Shown here: positions 10,703 through 19,762 of the stretch, piece after piece | Position numbering within the stretch: the first letter of the stretch is position 1 | Layout of the letters: each line of letters opens with the position of its first letter | Assembly: GCA_963674865.2 (NCBI GenBank) | Contig: CAXXYE010000001.1 | Coordinates: 96,001 to 160,000 of the forward strand | Direction of reading: 5' to 3' | From: Candidatus Hydrogenedentota bacterium | Lineage (GTDB): Bacteria > Hydrogenedentota > Hydrogenedentia > Hydrogenedentales > SLHB01 | DNA: 64,000 bases | The notes under the pieces: generated by a model | Told to the model about the DNA's origin: nothing | The model's input: only the letters and a program-made list of their open reading frames with translations | The model's database searches: none | Translations under genes and position numbers: made by a program

Positions 10703-11902
10703 ATGATTATCGAGCTGAAGAAGAATGTCTATTGGGTGGGGGTGGTCGATTGGGGCCTGCGGCATTTCCATGGGCACGAACTCAGCACAAATCGCGGCTC
10801 ATCGTATAACGCCTATCTCATTCTCGATGAGAAGACCGCTCTCATCGACACGGTGTGGGGGCCATTTGTCGACGAATTCGTGGAGAACCTCCGTGAGGTC
10901 GTCGACCCGTCCACCATTGACATCGTCGTCGCCAATCACAGCGAGGTCGACCACTCCGGCGGGCTGCCCGCCGTCATGAACCTTGCGCCCAAGGCCGAAC
11001 TAATCGTGTCGAAACGCGGCGCGGAGAGCGTCGAAGGCCATTACCACCAGGGCTGGCCGACGCGTGCGGTGACCACCGGAGAACGCGTCAGCCTGGGCCG
11101 GAACGAACTCCTCTTCGTCGAAGCGCCCATGCTCCACTGGCCTGATAGCATGTTCACCTACCTCACCGGCCACAACATCCTCATGCCCAATGACGCCTTC
11201 GGGCAGCACTACGCCACGGCGTACCGGTTCAACGATCAGGTTGACGAGATGGAACTGTATCAAGAGGCCCTGAAGTACTATGTCAACATCATCACGCCTT
11301 ACAGCGATCAAGCAGCCGCCAAGATTGCCGAACTGGAAGGCATGGACCTCCCGATTGACATCATCGCGCCCAGTCACGGCGTGATTTGGCGCGAGAATCC
11401 CCTCCAGATCGTCGAAACGTACAAGGAGTGGGCCGCTCAGCAGGCACCCGCCCGCGTCGTTGTCCTTTATGACACGATGTGGCACAGCACGCGCCGTATG
11501 GCCGAAGCCATCGGCGACGGTCTGGCCGAGGAAGGTATCGAGTACAAGATCATCGACCTGGCCGTTTCCGACCGCAGCGACGCCCTTGTGGAGGTATTCA
11601 AGGCTCGCACCATCGCCATCGGCTCCCCGACCCTCAACAATGGCGTGCTGCCCACCATCACACCCATCCTTACCGATTTGAAGGGCCTACGCTTCAAGAA
11701 CAAGCTAGGCGCCGCCTTCGGCAGCTTTGGCTGGCACAGCAAGTCCGTCGAGGTTATCCGCGAGCATTTCGCGGGCTGTAAGATTCCCATGATCGGGGAA
11801 GGGGTGAAGTGCAAGTGGCAACCGCGCCCCGAGGATCTCGAGCAGTGCCGGGCCTATGGCCGCGAGATCGCCGACGCGACGCGCAAGGCTGTCGCATCGT
11901 GA
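10703..11902 (+). CDS. fprA: Flavodiiron protein (A-type flavoprotein)
   Basis: GSSYNAYLI, NHSEVDHSG, HWPDSM, DAFGQH and PSHG, followed by a C-terminal flavodoxin domain (YDTMWHST, GSPT, FGSFGW). Confidence 0.93.
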   Translation: MIIELKKNVYWVGVVDWGLRHFHGHELSTNRGSSYNAYLILDEKTALIDTVWGPFVDEFVENLREVVDPSTIDIVVANHSEVDHSGGLPAVMNLAPKAELIVSKRGAESVEGHYHQGWPTRAVTTGERVSLGRNELLFVEAPMLHWPDSMFTYLTGHNILMPNDAFGQHYATAYRFNDQVDEMELYQEALKYYVNIITPYSDQAAAKIAELEGMDLPIDIIAPSHGVIWRENPLQIVETYKEWAAQQAPARVVVLYDTMWHSTRRMAEAIGDGLAEEGIEYKIIDLAVSDRSDALVEVFKARTIAIGSPTLNNGVLPTITPILTDLKGLRFKNKLGAAFGSFGWHSKSVEVIREHFAGCKIPMIGEGVKCKWQPRPEDLEQCRAYGREIADATRKAVAS

Positions 11903-11952
11903 GCGAGCAACCATTCGCCGGCCAGCGGCTGTCCATGCGCGAGAAGGCGTAG

Positions 11953-12014
11953 CAAGAAGGGGACTGATGCAACCGAGCGAGTCTCCGAGCGAGACGTGTC
12001 TGTCCCTCTTCTTG
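11953..12014. repeat. GGGAC(A/T)GACAC-family palindromic repeat between convergent genes
   Basis: Arms CAAGAAGGGGACTGATGC / GTGTCTGTCCCTCTTCTTG. Related copies at 12574, 60891, 62401 and 63018. Confidence 0.7.
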
Positions 12015-12053
12015 TGAAGCGGACCGCAGAAAACTACGTGTGAGGCATTCAGG

Positions 12054-12500
12054 CTAGAGTGCTTCTCCGAGCTTCTTTTGCAGCTTCTCGAGCCGTGCGA
12101 GTAGTGCTAAGATGCGGTCGCTGCGCTCGCTGTCATCGCTCTGCCTCGCGTTGTCCAGCGCCGTGGCGAGGGCGTTGCGCATTGTCTCCAACTCCTCGGA
12201 AACCCGCGCGCCCAGCTCGGCCGGCGTCGGGATACGCGTGTCGAGGATGACGTAGGGGCCGCGAAGCATCCCTGCTTCCGCCAAGCCCCCCAACTGCTCC
12301 GACTCGCCCGAGAGGGCCGGGCCGTCCATGACTCGGAACAACTCATGCTTGCGTAGGAAGGCGAGCAGTACGTCCTCCTGTACATCTCCGCACGCAGGAT
12401 CGCCGGCCAGATGCTGGACGAGGACGTGCAGCGGCACCAGCGGATTGCTTACCTGCTTGAGATAACTCAAACACTTTTGCTCAACGGCTTCCAGATTCAT
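12054..12500 (-). CDS. Hypothetical protein (helical, C-terminal coiled coil)
   Basis: Clean ORF MNLEAVEQKC... with an amphipathic C-terminal helix. Confidence 0.7.
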   Translation of the reverse strand: MNLEAVEQKCLSYLKQVSNPLVPLHVLVQHLAGDPACGDVQEDVLLAFLRKHELFRVMDGPALSGESEQLGGLAEAGMLRGPYVILDTRIPTPAELGARVSEELETMRNALATALDNARQSDDSERSDRILALLARLEKLQKKLGEAL

Positions 12501-12622
12501 GGCGTGTTCCCGTCCAGTGTTCTGACTCACAATTGACGTTGCTTATCTGCAGATAAAGAAGCGCCAGCAAGAAGCGAAAAACGGGGGCTGACACAAGCGC
12601 AGCGAAACGAAGACGTGTCTGT

Positions 12623-12773
12623 GGAGCTGTTGAAAAAGTCGCATTCGCCCCAGAGGTCGAGCGAAACACCGGGACTGTCCCAAACGGAGTCCGCCGCAGG
12701 CGGACGCAGACGGGACTGTCCCAGGTCCTTTCGTGGCCTGCATCCGGCGACTCTCGACTTTTTCAACGGCCCC
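12623..12773. mobile_element. 151-bp MITE with 19-bp TIRs and 5-bp TSD
   Basis: Left end GGAGCTGTTGAAAAAGTCG and right end CGACTTTTTCAACGGCCCC match at 17/19 as an inverted repeat. TCTGT direct repeat at 12618-12622 and 12774-12778. Confidence 0.8.
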
Positions 12774-12839
12774 TCTGTTTCTGTTTTTCGCCCTGCTTTT
12801 CGCGACAAGAATGAGACGCCGTCAGCGCGAGTCATAGCA

Positions 12840-15284
12840 CTAGGACTTCTCCTCGAGGAGGTCCACCTCCTCCACGGCCCCTGTGCCCGGTTCGATCTGC
12901 ATCGTCTTGATCTCGTGCGGCGCAAAGGCGAGCTTCAATGCTTCCGGCCGCCCGTGCATTGTTACCTTCGCCTGCGCCTCCTGCCCCGCAGTTTCGTAGC
13001 CTCGCACTACCACCTTAGCCCCATCCTCGCTCTTCTTCAACACGCTCACCACGGCGTTATCTGCGTCGGCGCTGAAGAGCGAGCATGAGGGCGGAAGCGT
13101 GCCCTCATGGCAACACTCGATATGCGCGAAGACAGGTTCGTTCAACTCCCAGGACTTCTTCACGACGCCGGCCTCACGCCAGCCGCCTGCGTGCGGTACA
13201 AGCTGCACGCACACCGTCTGCCAGCCCTGATCCATGGCGGGCCACGGCTCGGAGGCGTTTATGCGGCCGCGGTCGTGGTGTCCGTACAACGGGCTCCGAA
13301 GGAGGGTGACTCGCATGTGATTTCCCCACACATCGTAGCTGTACTTCGAGTCATTCAGCACGGCAAGGCCGTAGGACTTCCCGTCAATCGTGCCCGTCAT
13401 GTCGAACCACTTCTGGCCAGGTTCTTCCCAGCCATCGGTGCCGCGGACCTCGTATCCGTAAGGCACGTCATACGTCGCCTCGCCCGCGTCGATGCGCGTC
13501 TCATAGGCAAGTTTGAGCATTGTGTAGCGCTCCTGCCAGTTGACGCGGAACACGCAGTCGATGTCTTCGCTGTCTCGATAGATCGTCACGAATTGCTCCA
13601 CTGTGGAGTCGCGGAAACGGGACACCACTCGAATCGTCGCCTGGACAGGCCCGAGTTCGAGCCTTTCGAGGACGGCGTTGCTGAAGCGGCCAGCCTCGAC
13701 GCGGAATTCGTCCACGCCGTGGCTCCAGGTGTCCGAGTGATCCACGATCGCAGCCAATACGTTGGCCTTTGCTACCGTCTCGACCTGCCGCTTCTTGTCA
13801 TAGAGGCGGCTGATGTGGCCGTGATAGGGATCGAACTCGATCCGCCACCAGTCATTTTCGAGGAAATCGCGTCCGGCTTCGAGCGTGCCGCCGGCCTGTA
13901 CGTCCTTCTCCTCCGAACGCGCGTGGAAGCAGCGGTAGCCCAGGGCGGGCACTTCCGTCGTGATGCGCCAAGCATGGCCTTTTGTTCGTGCGCCGCGCAC
14001 CGCCTGGCTTGGAATGACCTGGCCTTCTTCATCGACGAAGTGGAGCTGCTGCTTCAAGGTTCGCCACGCGATTTCAGGGACGGTAATCGTCTGCTTCACC
14101 GGCCAGGGGAGCGGGTTAACCATCAGGACGGGATTGCCCTCGCCCGAGGTGTCGATATCCCCGGCGATGGTTTGCCAGGACTCGTTGAGGATCTCGTGGG
14201 CCGTGTGACGGGCGCGACCGAGCTGATCGCGGCTGTCTTCGTAGGAGGTCTCGATGCTTGTGCCCGCCAAGATATCGTGGAACTGGTTGTACATCACATC
14301 CTTCCACGCGCCCTCGATCCGCTCCTGTGGATACGGATGCTCCTTTAGGAGCCATGCCAGCGTGGCGAAGCGCTCGGCCGTCATCAGCGCGTGCTCGCCG
14401 GCGCGGTTGAGGCGTTTGATCTCCGAATGCACCGAGTAGCAGCCTCGCGCGTGATGCTGGAGTTCCGTCGCGATGGTAGGGATAGTCCCGCCTTGCTCCT
14501 TGACCGCCCGCTGGAAGTCCTCGAAGAACGCGAGCAGTGTCGAGAAGGGCGTATCCGGTAGCTCTTCATCCTTCTGCGCCTCGATGATTTGCGCGATGGC
14601 GCGTTTGGTCGGCCCGCCGCCGTGATTTCCGACGCCGTAGAATCCCATGACCACCGTCTGCCCGGTGTTGAGGTAGATGTTCGACGGCGTGGCCTTGATC
14701 TTGTCCAGCACGTTGTCGCCCGAGCCGTAGCCGGTGACGATATTCGAGGCGAGGAGGCGCGAGCCGTCGTCGGCCACCCACCAGAAGGTTGTTCCCTCCG
14801 GATAATGCATCTCGGAAACCGGGCCCGGCCGCATGTAGGCGTAGTACTCGATGCCCATCTTACAGTAGATCTGCGGCAATGTGCCGGCGTGGCCGAAGGT
14901 GTCGGGATTGAAGCCCACTTTGGCGCGTACGCCCAGCTCCCGTTCGAAGAAGCGCTGTGAATACAGGCCGTGGCGCACCATGGCTTCGCCGCCGGGGATA
15001 TTGCAGTCCGGCTCGACCCACCAGCCGCCGACTACTTCCCACCGGCCCTCGGCCACCCGTTGGCGGATTTCCTCGAACATGGCCGGATCGCATGCCTTGA
15101 CCCATTCGTAGAAGCATGCGCTGCTCGCAATGAATTTGAATTCCGGCGTCTCGTTCATCCGATCGAGAGCGCTGCGAAACGTTGCCCGCACCTCGCCGTA
15201 GCCTTCCGTCCAGCGCCACAACCAGGTCGGGTCGATGTGGCCATGGCCAATCATATGAATGGTGAAGTCTTTCGGAGCAACCAT
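12840..15284 (-). CDS. Alpha-mannosidase, GH38
   Basis: GHGHIDPTWLW, GGWWVEPD.NIP.GE, PDTFGH, YGVGNHGGGP and NQFHDILAGTSI. Confidence 0.93.
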   Translation of the reverse strand: MVAPKDFTIHMIGHGHIDPTWLWRWTEGYGEVRATFRSALDRMNETPEFKFIASSACFYEWVKACDPAMFEEIRQRVAEGRWEVVGGWWVEPDCNIPGGEAMVRHGLYSQRFFERELGVRAKVGFNPDTFGHAGTLPQIYCKMGIEYYAYMRPGPVSEMHYPEGTTFWWVADDGSRLLASNIVTGYGSGDNVLDKIKATPSNIYLNTGQTVVMGFYGVGNHGGGPTKRAIAQIIEAQKDEELPDTPFSTLLAFFEDFQRAVKEQGGTIPTIATELQHHARGCYSVHSEIKRLNRAGEHALMTAERFATLAWLLKEHPYPQERIEGAWKDVMYNQFHDILAGTSIETSYEDSRDQLGRARHTAHEILNESWQTIAGDIDTSGEGNPVLMVNPLPWPVKQTITVPEIAWRTLKQQLHFVDEEGQVIPSQAVRGARTKGHAWRITTEVPALGYRCFHARSEEKDVQAGGTLEAGRDFLENDWWRIEFDPYHGHISRLYDKKRQVETVAKANVLAAIVDHSDTWSHGVDEFRVEAGRFSNAVLERLELGPVQATIRVVSRFRDSTVEQFVTIYRDSEDIDCVFRVNWQERYTMLKLAYETRIDAGEATYDVPYGYEVRGTDGWEEPGQKWFDMTGTIDGKSYGLAVLNDSKYSYDVWGNHMRVTLLRSPLYGHHDRGRINASEPWPAMDQGWQTVCVQLVPHAGGWREAGVVKKSWELNEPVFAHIECCHEGTLPPSCSLFSADADNAVVSVLKKSEDGAKVVVRGYETAGQEAQAKVTMHGRPEALKLAFAPHEIKTMQIEPGTGAVEEVDLLEEKS

Positions 15285-15386
15285 TACTGCCTTTCCTTCC
15301 AATCGATTGTCGGAATCATCCGCGTTGAGTGTGAAGTCCCTTGGATAGGGATGCTTGAAACGAATCGCTATTCTGAGATGAGCCGC

Positions 15387-16121
15387 CTAGACGCCGCGCT
15401 CGCGGTATTCTCGCCGCTTCTGCTCGACGGATTCCATGCCGCCCACATGCCAGCTCTGGTAGATGGTCGGATTTACGCCTTTCGCCTGGAGCCGCTCGAC
15501 GGCCTCGGCCTGGATGGCCCACAGGGCGAAAGCACCCGCCATGCCGCTGCCCGGACACATCCGCTCGTTATCCTTGGTGTCGACAACGGCGTCACCTACG
15601 GGCGTACAGTTATCGACCACGATGTCGGTGACGTCGCCGAGCTTCTTGCCGCTCCCATGGGCGGCCTCGCAGTGCTCCATCTGGTCTTTCGAGCAAATGG
15701 CAATGGTTGTGATGCTCCGCTCTTTGCATTGAAGCGCCACCTCGATCACATTCGCCGTCCGGCCCGAGTTTGAGTTGATGATCAGCACGTCGCCTGGCTT
15801 CAGCTTGCTCGAATCGAGGGAGATTGCCACGGTTCGCGCCTCGATGGCCGTCCGTTCTTCTGCCGAGGACTTTGCCTCACGGTGATCCACAGGATTTTCA
15901 ACGTTCAGGTTGTAAGCGAATGGCGTGATGGCTAGGAGTCCGCCGGCTCGTGAGAACGCTTCGCTCCTGAGCATGTGGCCGGTGTCCATGACGGCCAGCA
16001 CGCCCTTGCCCGCCAGACTCACGGCGACGGCCTCCGCGGCACGTTCAATCATCTCCCGCTGCGTGGAGCGAATCTTTTCAAATATGCCGTCAACCGCGTC
16101 GAAGTAGGCGTCGAGATACAC
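15387..16121 (-). CDS. SIS-domain sugar isomerase-like protein
   Basis: DTGH..E.F.RAGGL, GDVLIINSNSG, H.SGKKL and DN..P.GDA. GTG 16121 follows AGGAGG. Confidence 0.85.
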   Translation of the reverse strand: MYLDAYFDAVDGIFEKIRSTQREMIERAAEAVAVSLAGKGVLAVMDTGHMLRSEAFSRAGGLLAITPFAYNLNVENPVDHREAKSSAEERTAIEARTVAISLDSSKLKPGDVLIINSNSGRTANVIEVALQCKERSITTIAICSKDQMEHCEAAHGSGKKLGDVTDIVVDNCTPVGDAVVDTKDNERMCPGSGMAGAFALWAIQAEAVERLQAKGVNPTIYQSWHVGGMESVEQKRREYRERGV

Positions 16122-17040
16122 GTCGTTTCCTCCTGGCTCCATACATCTTAATGAATTTGATGATGCCCTCGCACGGCTCCGGAACGGGCGGATAGACATC
16201 GAAGGTCTTTCCGCTCCGGCCTAACGCGCGCTTCAGCGAGGTTATGACGAGAGGCCCTGCATGAAACACGCCGCCGCTGAGCACTACCGGAATCGGCTGC
16301 TTCCGCGCCGTGTGTTGCCGGACTGTTGCGAGGATCAGGCCCGCCAGCTCACGGCCGGCCCCGCGAAGGATACCTTTTGCCACCGCGTCGCCCTCCCGGG
16401 CCGCCGCGATCACCGCAGGTACGAACGCGGCCACCTTTGGGGCCGGTAGCACCCCGTTCTGTCCGCAGAACCGATAGACCTCGATCGGGTGGTCGACCTC
16501 GAAGACCTCGAGCAACTTCTGCTCGAGCAGCGTTCGTGGCCCCCGCCCATCGATGCCGTGAGCGACGGCGCGAAACGCCTCTCGCCCTATCCAGTAGCCG
16601 CTGCCCTCGTCGCCGAACTGCGGCCCATGCCCGCCCGCCACAGTGCCCGCAGCGCGAGGCGTTGTGAAACGTGCGCATGAGCCCGTGCCCGCGATGAGCG
16701 ATAGGCCCGTCCGAAGGCCGTACCAGGCGAGTGCCATGTCTCCCTCGCCGACCCAAACGAGTTCTATCGGGCCGAATACGTCCTTGATGGCCCGCTCCGC
16801 CTGCTCCGGGTGCATCGGCGCACCCAGGCCGGCCAGGGCGACGCGCGCGCCCTCTGCCTCAGCCACGCGTTTTACGCGTTCAAGCAGGCGGCGTGTCGCG
16901 CGATAGAAAGGCCCAGGCTTGGTGTACAAATTGCTCGCGGTGCCGCCGACCTCGGTGGCCAGTATACGGCCGGCCGTGTCCGCCAGCATGACACGTGTCT
17001 TGGTGCCGCCGCCCTCAAGAGCGATCCACATTTCGTTCAT
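16090..17040 (-). CDS. BadF/BadG/BcrA/BcrD-type (N-acetylglucosamine kinase-like) sugar kinase
   Basis: EGGGTKT, IAGTGS, GG.G...GDEGSGYWIG and LSGGVF. Confidence 0.88.
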   Translation of the reverse strand: MNEMWIALEGGGTKTRVMLADTAGRILATEVGGTASNLYTKPGPFYRATRRLLERVKRVAEAEGARVALAGLGAPMHPEQAERAIKDVFGPIELVWVGEGDMALAWYGLRTGLSLIAGTGSCARFTTPRAAGTVAGGHGPQFGDEGSGYWIGREAFRAVAHGIDGRGPRTLLEQKLLEVFEVDHPIEVYRFCGQNGVLPAPKVAAFVPAVIAAAREGDAVAKGILRGAGRELAGLILATVRQHTARKQPIPVVLSGGVFHAGPLVITSLKRALGRSGKTFDVYPPVPEPCEGIIKFIKMYGARRKRRVSRRLLRRG

Positions 17041-17158
17041 GGTGTGGAACTCATTCGTTGTCCGGGATAAGCGGCGCGCATTGTAGGCAACCGCCAGACC
17101 GTTTTCAATGCCTTTCCGGCCCCATTGACCGGCGCGCCGCTGCGAGGGCGGGGGCTGG

Positions 17159-18910
17159 TTAGCTCACCTCGTGTACGAAGTCGATGAAAGCGGCGGCGGT
17201 CCAGTGGTAGTCCGCGATGACTCCGAAGCCAACGCCCCCCTCGCCGCCGATTCCACCCTTCCGGGCGAGGTCGAACGGTGCGGTTTCGGCGACGGCGTCG
17301 TAGTACTCGTAGAAGCACCCGTAGAGGACATAGCAGCGCATGACCTCGTTGATGCTCTTTCGCGCGATTTGATGGGCTTCCTCATAGAAGCCGTAGTTCA
17401 TGAGGCCTCGGTGACAGAGCAGATTCATGTTGAGCCAGGTAGGCCCTCGCCACATGTCCTTTCCGAAGGTGGCTTCATCCATCGACACCGACGGCACTGG
17501 AAACTCTGGCCAGAATTCCTTCGGATTCATCATGTGCAGACGCAGCGCTTCCGCCCGATCGCGATCCGGCGCCTCCGCATGCAGCGGAAGGAAACCTGCC
17601 GGTGTCTTGACGCGGACAAATTCCCCGACCTCATCGAGGTCGTAATAGAACTGATCCTCATCGCACCATAAGAGGTCGTTTACGAGGCCGGTGATGTTTT
17701 TGTGTCTCGCACGCCATTCGGCGCGTTCGTCATCTCTGTGAAGCACTCTGGCCAGTCTCGCGAGGCAGCGGTACTCCGCGGCCATGTAGCATGAGAGATC
17801 CACCGCGGTCATGCTCTCCAGATCGTCGAACCGCGGGCTGTTATCCATGCCCGATTCGCCGCCCCGGGCGCCCCGCACGGCGTCGGCGCCGCGCCGGATA
17901 CTCCAGCCATATAGGCCGGTGTCGTTGCGGCGGCTGGCTTCGAACCACTCGAGATAGCTCACGAGTCTTGGATAGACCTCCTCGAGGAAATCGATGTTCG
18001 GCTCATCCTCCGCCAGGTGCCAGGTGGCCCAAGCGAGAAGGGGAGGCTGCGTGTTCTCCTCGCGCGGCGCAACGCCCGGTTGAACAGCCAAATGGAGCTG
18101 CCCGTCACCTTCCTGTTTGGCGAACACCGCGCGGATGGCGTCTTCGGCGAGTTCCGGCTCAAGATGCGAGAGTCCGATGCTGTGAAAGGCCGAATCCCAC
18201 AACCACATATGCCGGTGAGGCATGCGATCCGGCGTCGTCCAGCGGCAGGGGATGTCCTCTTGCGCGCTTTCGACGTTCACCTTTTGGATGCTTGCGGCTT
18301 TTAGGTAGGCCCGGCGCAAGTTCGCAACGACATTCTGCGGTATGTCCAAGGCCGCGTAGAATCGCTTGCGCTCGTTGATAGCGGCCTCGATATCGCATGT
18401 CTGGGCCGCTCGTGCCCTATCGACGGCCTCGTCCTCGGAGCTATACGAGATGCCGACACCGAACTGCCTGTCCGCCGCCGCGGGCCCTGCGCTCACAGCC
18501 AGCCACCAATCCTGTCCTTGTGCCGTGGCCAAGTCCCCGGCCAACGCAAAGCCGGTTACGGGCGCGAGTTCCGGTAGCGCGCCTTCCGGAGGGTCGAAGA
18601 AGGCGATTCGCAGCGCCATGGCGGAGCGATCCGTGAAGGCGCCTTCGACAAATCCGCGTTTGCCGTCCACCTCCACCGTGCAGTTCCAGCAGTCGGTAAG
18701 GCAGAAATCATCAGGGTGGCGCAATGACACCAAGGACTCGTCGCCGAGGCGGGCGTGGATTTCCACGGGCGGGTCGAGCCAGAACCGCCAGCCGATCCGA
18801 TCGCGAGCCCCCGCCGCGACGAACGGCTCCCCGTGGCACGTCTCCCCGTCAACTCCCGAAAACGCAAACAGCCCCCCTTGAGGCCAGACGTTGGCGCATT
18901 CGTACATCAT
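17159..18910 (-). CDS. GH63/MGH1-like (alpha/alpha)6 glycoside hydrolase
   Basis: WLWDSAFH, TQPPL, ESGMDNSPRFD, WRGPTW.N.N, FYEYYD and YHWTAA. ATG 18910 follows GGAGGG. Confidence 0.85.
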   Translation of the reverse strand: MMYECANVWPQGGLFAFSGVDGETCHGEPFVAAGARDRIGWRFWLDPPVEIHARLGDESLVSLRHPDDFCLTDCWNCTVEVDGKRGFVEGAFTDRSAMALRIAFFDPPEGALPELAPVTGFALAGDLATAQGQDWWLAVSAGPAAADRQFGVGISYSSEDEAVDRARAAQTCDIEAAINERKRFYAALDIPQNVVANLRRAYLKAASIQKVNVESAQEDIPCRWTTPDRMPHRHMWLWDSAFHSIGLSHLEPELAEDAIRAVFAKQEGDGQLHLAVQPGVAPREENTQPPLLAWATWHLAEDEPNIDFLEEVYPRLVSYLEWFEASRRNDTGLYGWSIRRGADAVRGARGGESGMDNSPRFDDLESMTAVDLSCYMAAEYRCLARLARVLHRDDERAEWRARHKNITGLVNDLLWCDEDQFYYDLDEVGEFVRVKTPAGFLPLHAEAPDRDRAEALRLHMMNPKEFWPEFPVPSVSMDEATFGKDMWRGPTWLNMNLLCHRGLMNYGFYEEAHQIARKSINEVMRCYVLYGCFYEYYDAVAETAPFDLARKGGIGGEGGVGFGVIADYHWTAAAFIDFVHEVS

Positions 18911-19203
18911 CCCTCCGCTCAACAGCCATCGCGACCAATCCATGCGCGGCCCGGTCACCGACCGCAAGGCCACAGATTGGCACATTTCTACTGGATACGC
19001 AAACCGGTGTTGCGGGGACGTCTCGCCCAGTTCAGCGCGCGGCCCTTGCTGGATCATTCGGCAACCTTGTTTTCTTGCCTTTTTAGTCCGCTCCCGTTGA
19101 ACAACAGGCGAGAAAAGCGGGCCGCACAAACCTGCCTGTGAGACATCCGGATTAGTCTTGTGCCGGGCGCCCGTTCAGAAGGCTGTCGAACCACGCCAGT
19201 ACA

Positions 19204-19245
19204 TTGCAATGCGGGAGGCAATCCTGTATTACGAGTAGTAATATA
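19204..19245 (+). promoter_or_regulatory. Sigma70-like promoter overlapped by a palindromic operator
   Basis: TTGCAA-N17-TATTAC. The palindrome TGTATTAC-GAGTA-GTAATATA lies at 19225-19245. Confidence 0.45.
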
Positions 19246-19586
19246 ACCTATCTCGCGAAGCAGTGGAGTCGGAGTGTCGCGTCGCCGGGCCTATGCTCAT
19301 CAGAGCAGCCAACGGGATGTGCACCCATAAGAGGACAGGGGATTACGCGATTGAGGCCGGCGTGTGCGGCGCCGCCGATCCTGTTTCTGTGCGGCGACGA
19401 GCAATCCGTGATGACGGCCTATGAGCATGAGTCGCCATTTGGGGAGGGGCAGGGCGCTGGCCCGGCAGGGACGAGAAGGGCGAATAGGAACGCGCGCAGT
19501 GCTGTATACACGGTGTGCGGCACGACTGTGTCATCGGTGATGGGCGGGGAAAAGGGCCTCGGCTCCAATCAGAAAGGGGATGTCGG

Positions 19587-19754
19587 ATGAAAGCGTGTAA
19601 GTCATGGAATACCTTGGCCTTCAGTCTACTCGTGCTGATTGGAGTGGTGCCCGCCGGCTGCGGCGGCAAGGCCGACCTCGGTTTCCGGCCCACGGCCGGG
19701 CAGGCCCGCGCCGTGACACGCTTCCCCTCGGGCAGCGAGTGCGCCCATGCCTGA
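19587..19754 (+). pseudogene. 5' fragment of a lipoprotein gene
   Basis: AAAGGGGA RBS and signal peptide with PAGC lipobox, but the ORF ends after 55 codons. Confidence 0.4.
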
Positions 19755-19762
19755 GGACCATC

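Noticed and set aside
13107..14348. 413-aa plus-strand ORF
   Set aside because: Antisense to the GH38 gene, with no recognisable motifs.
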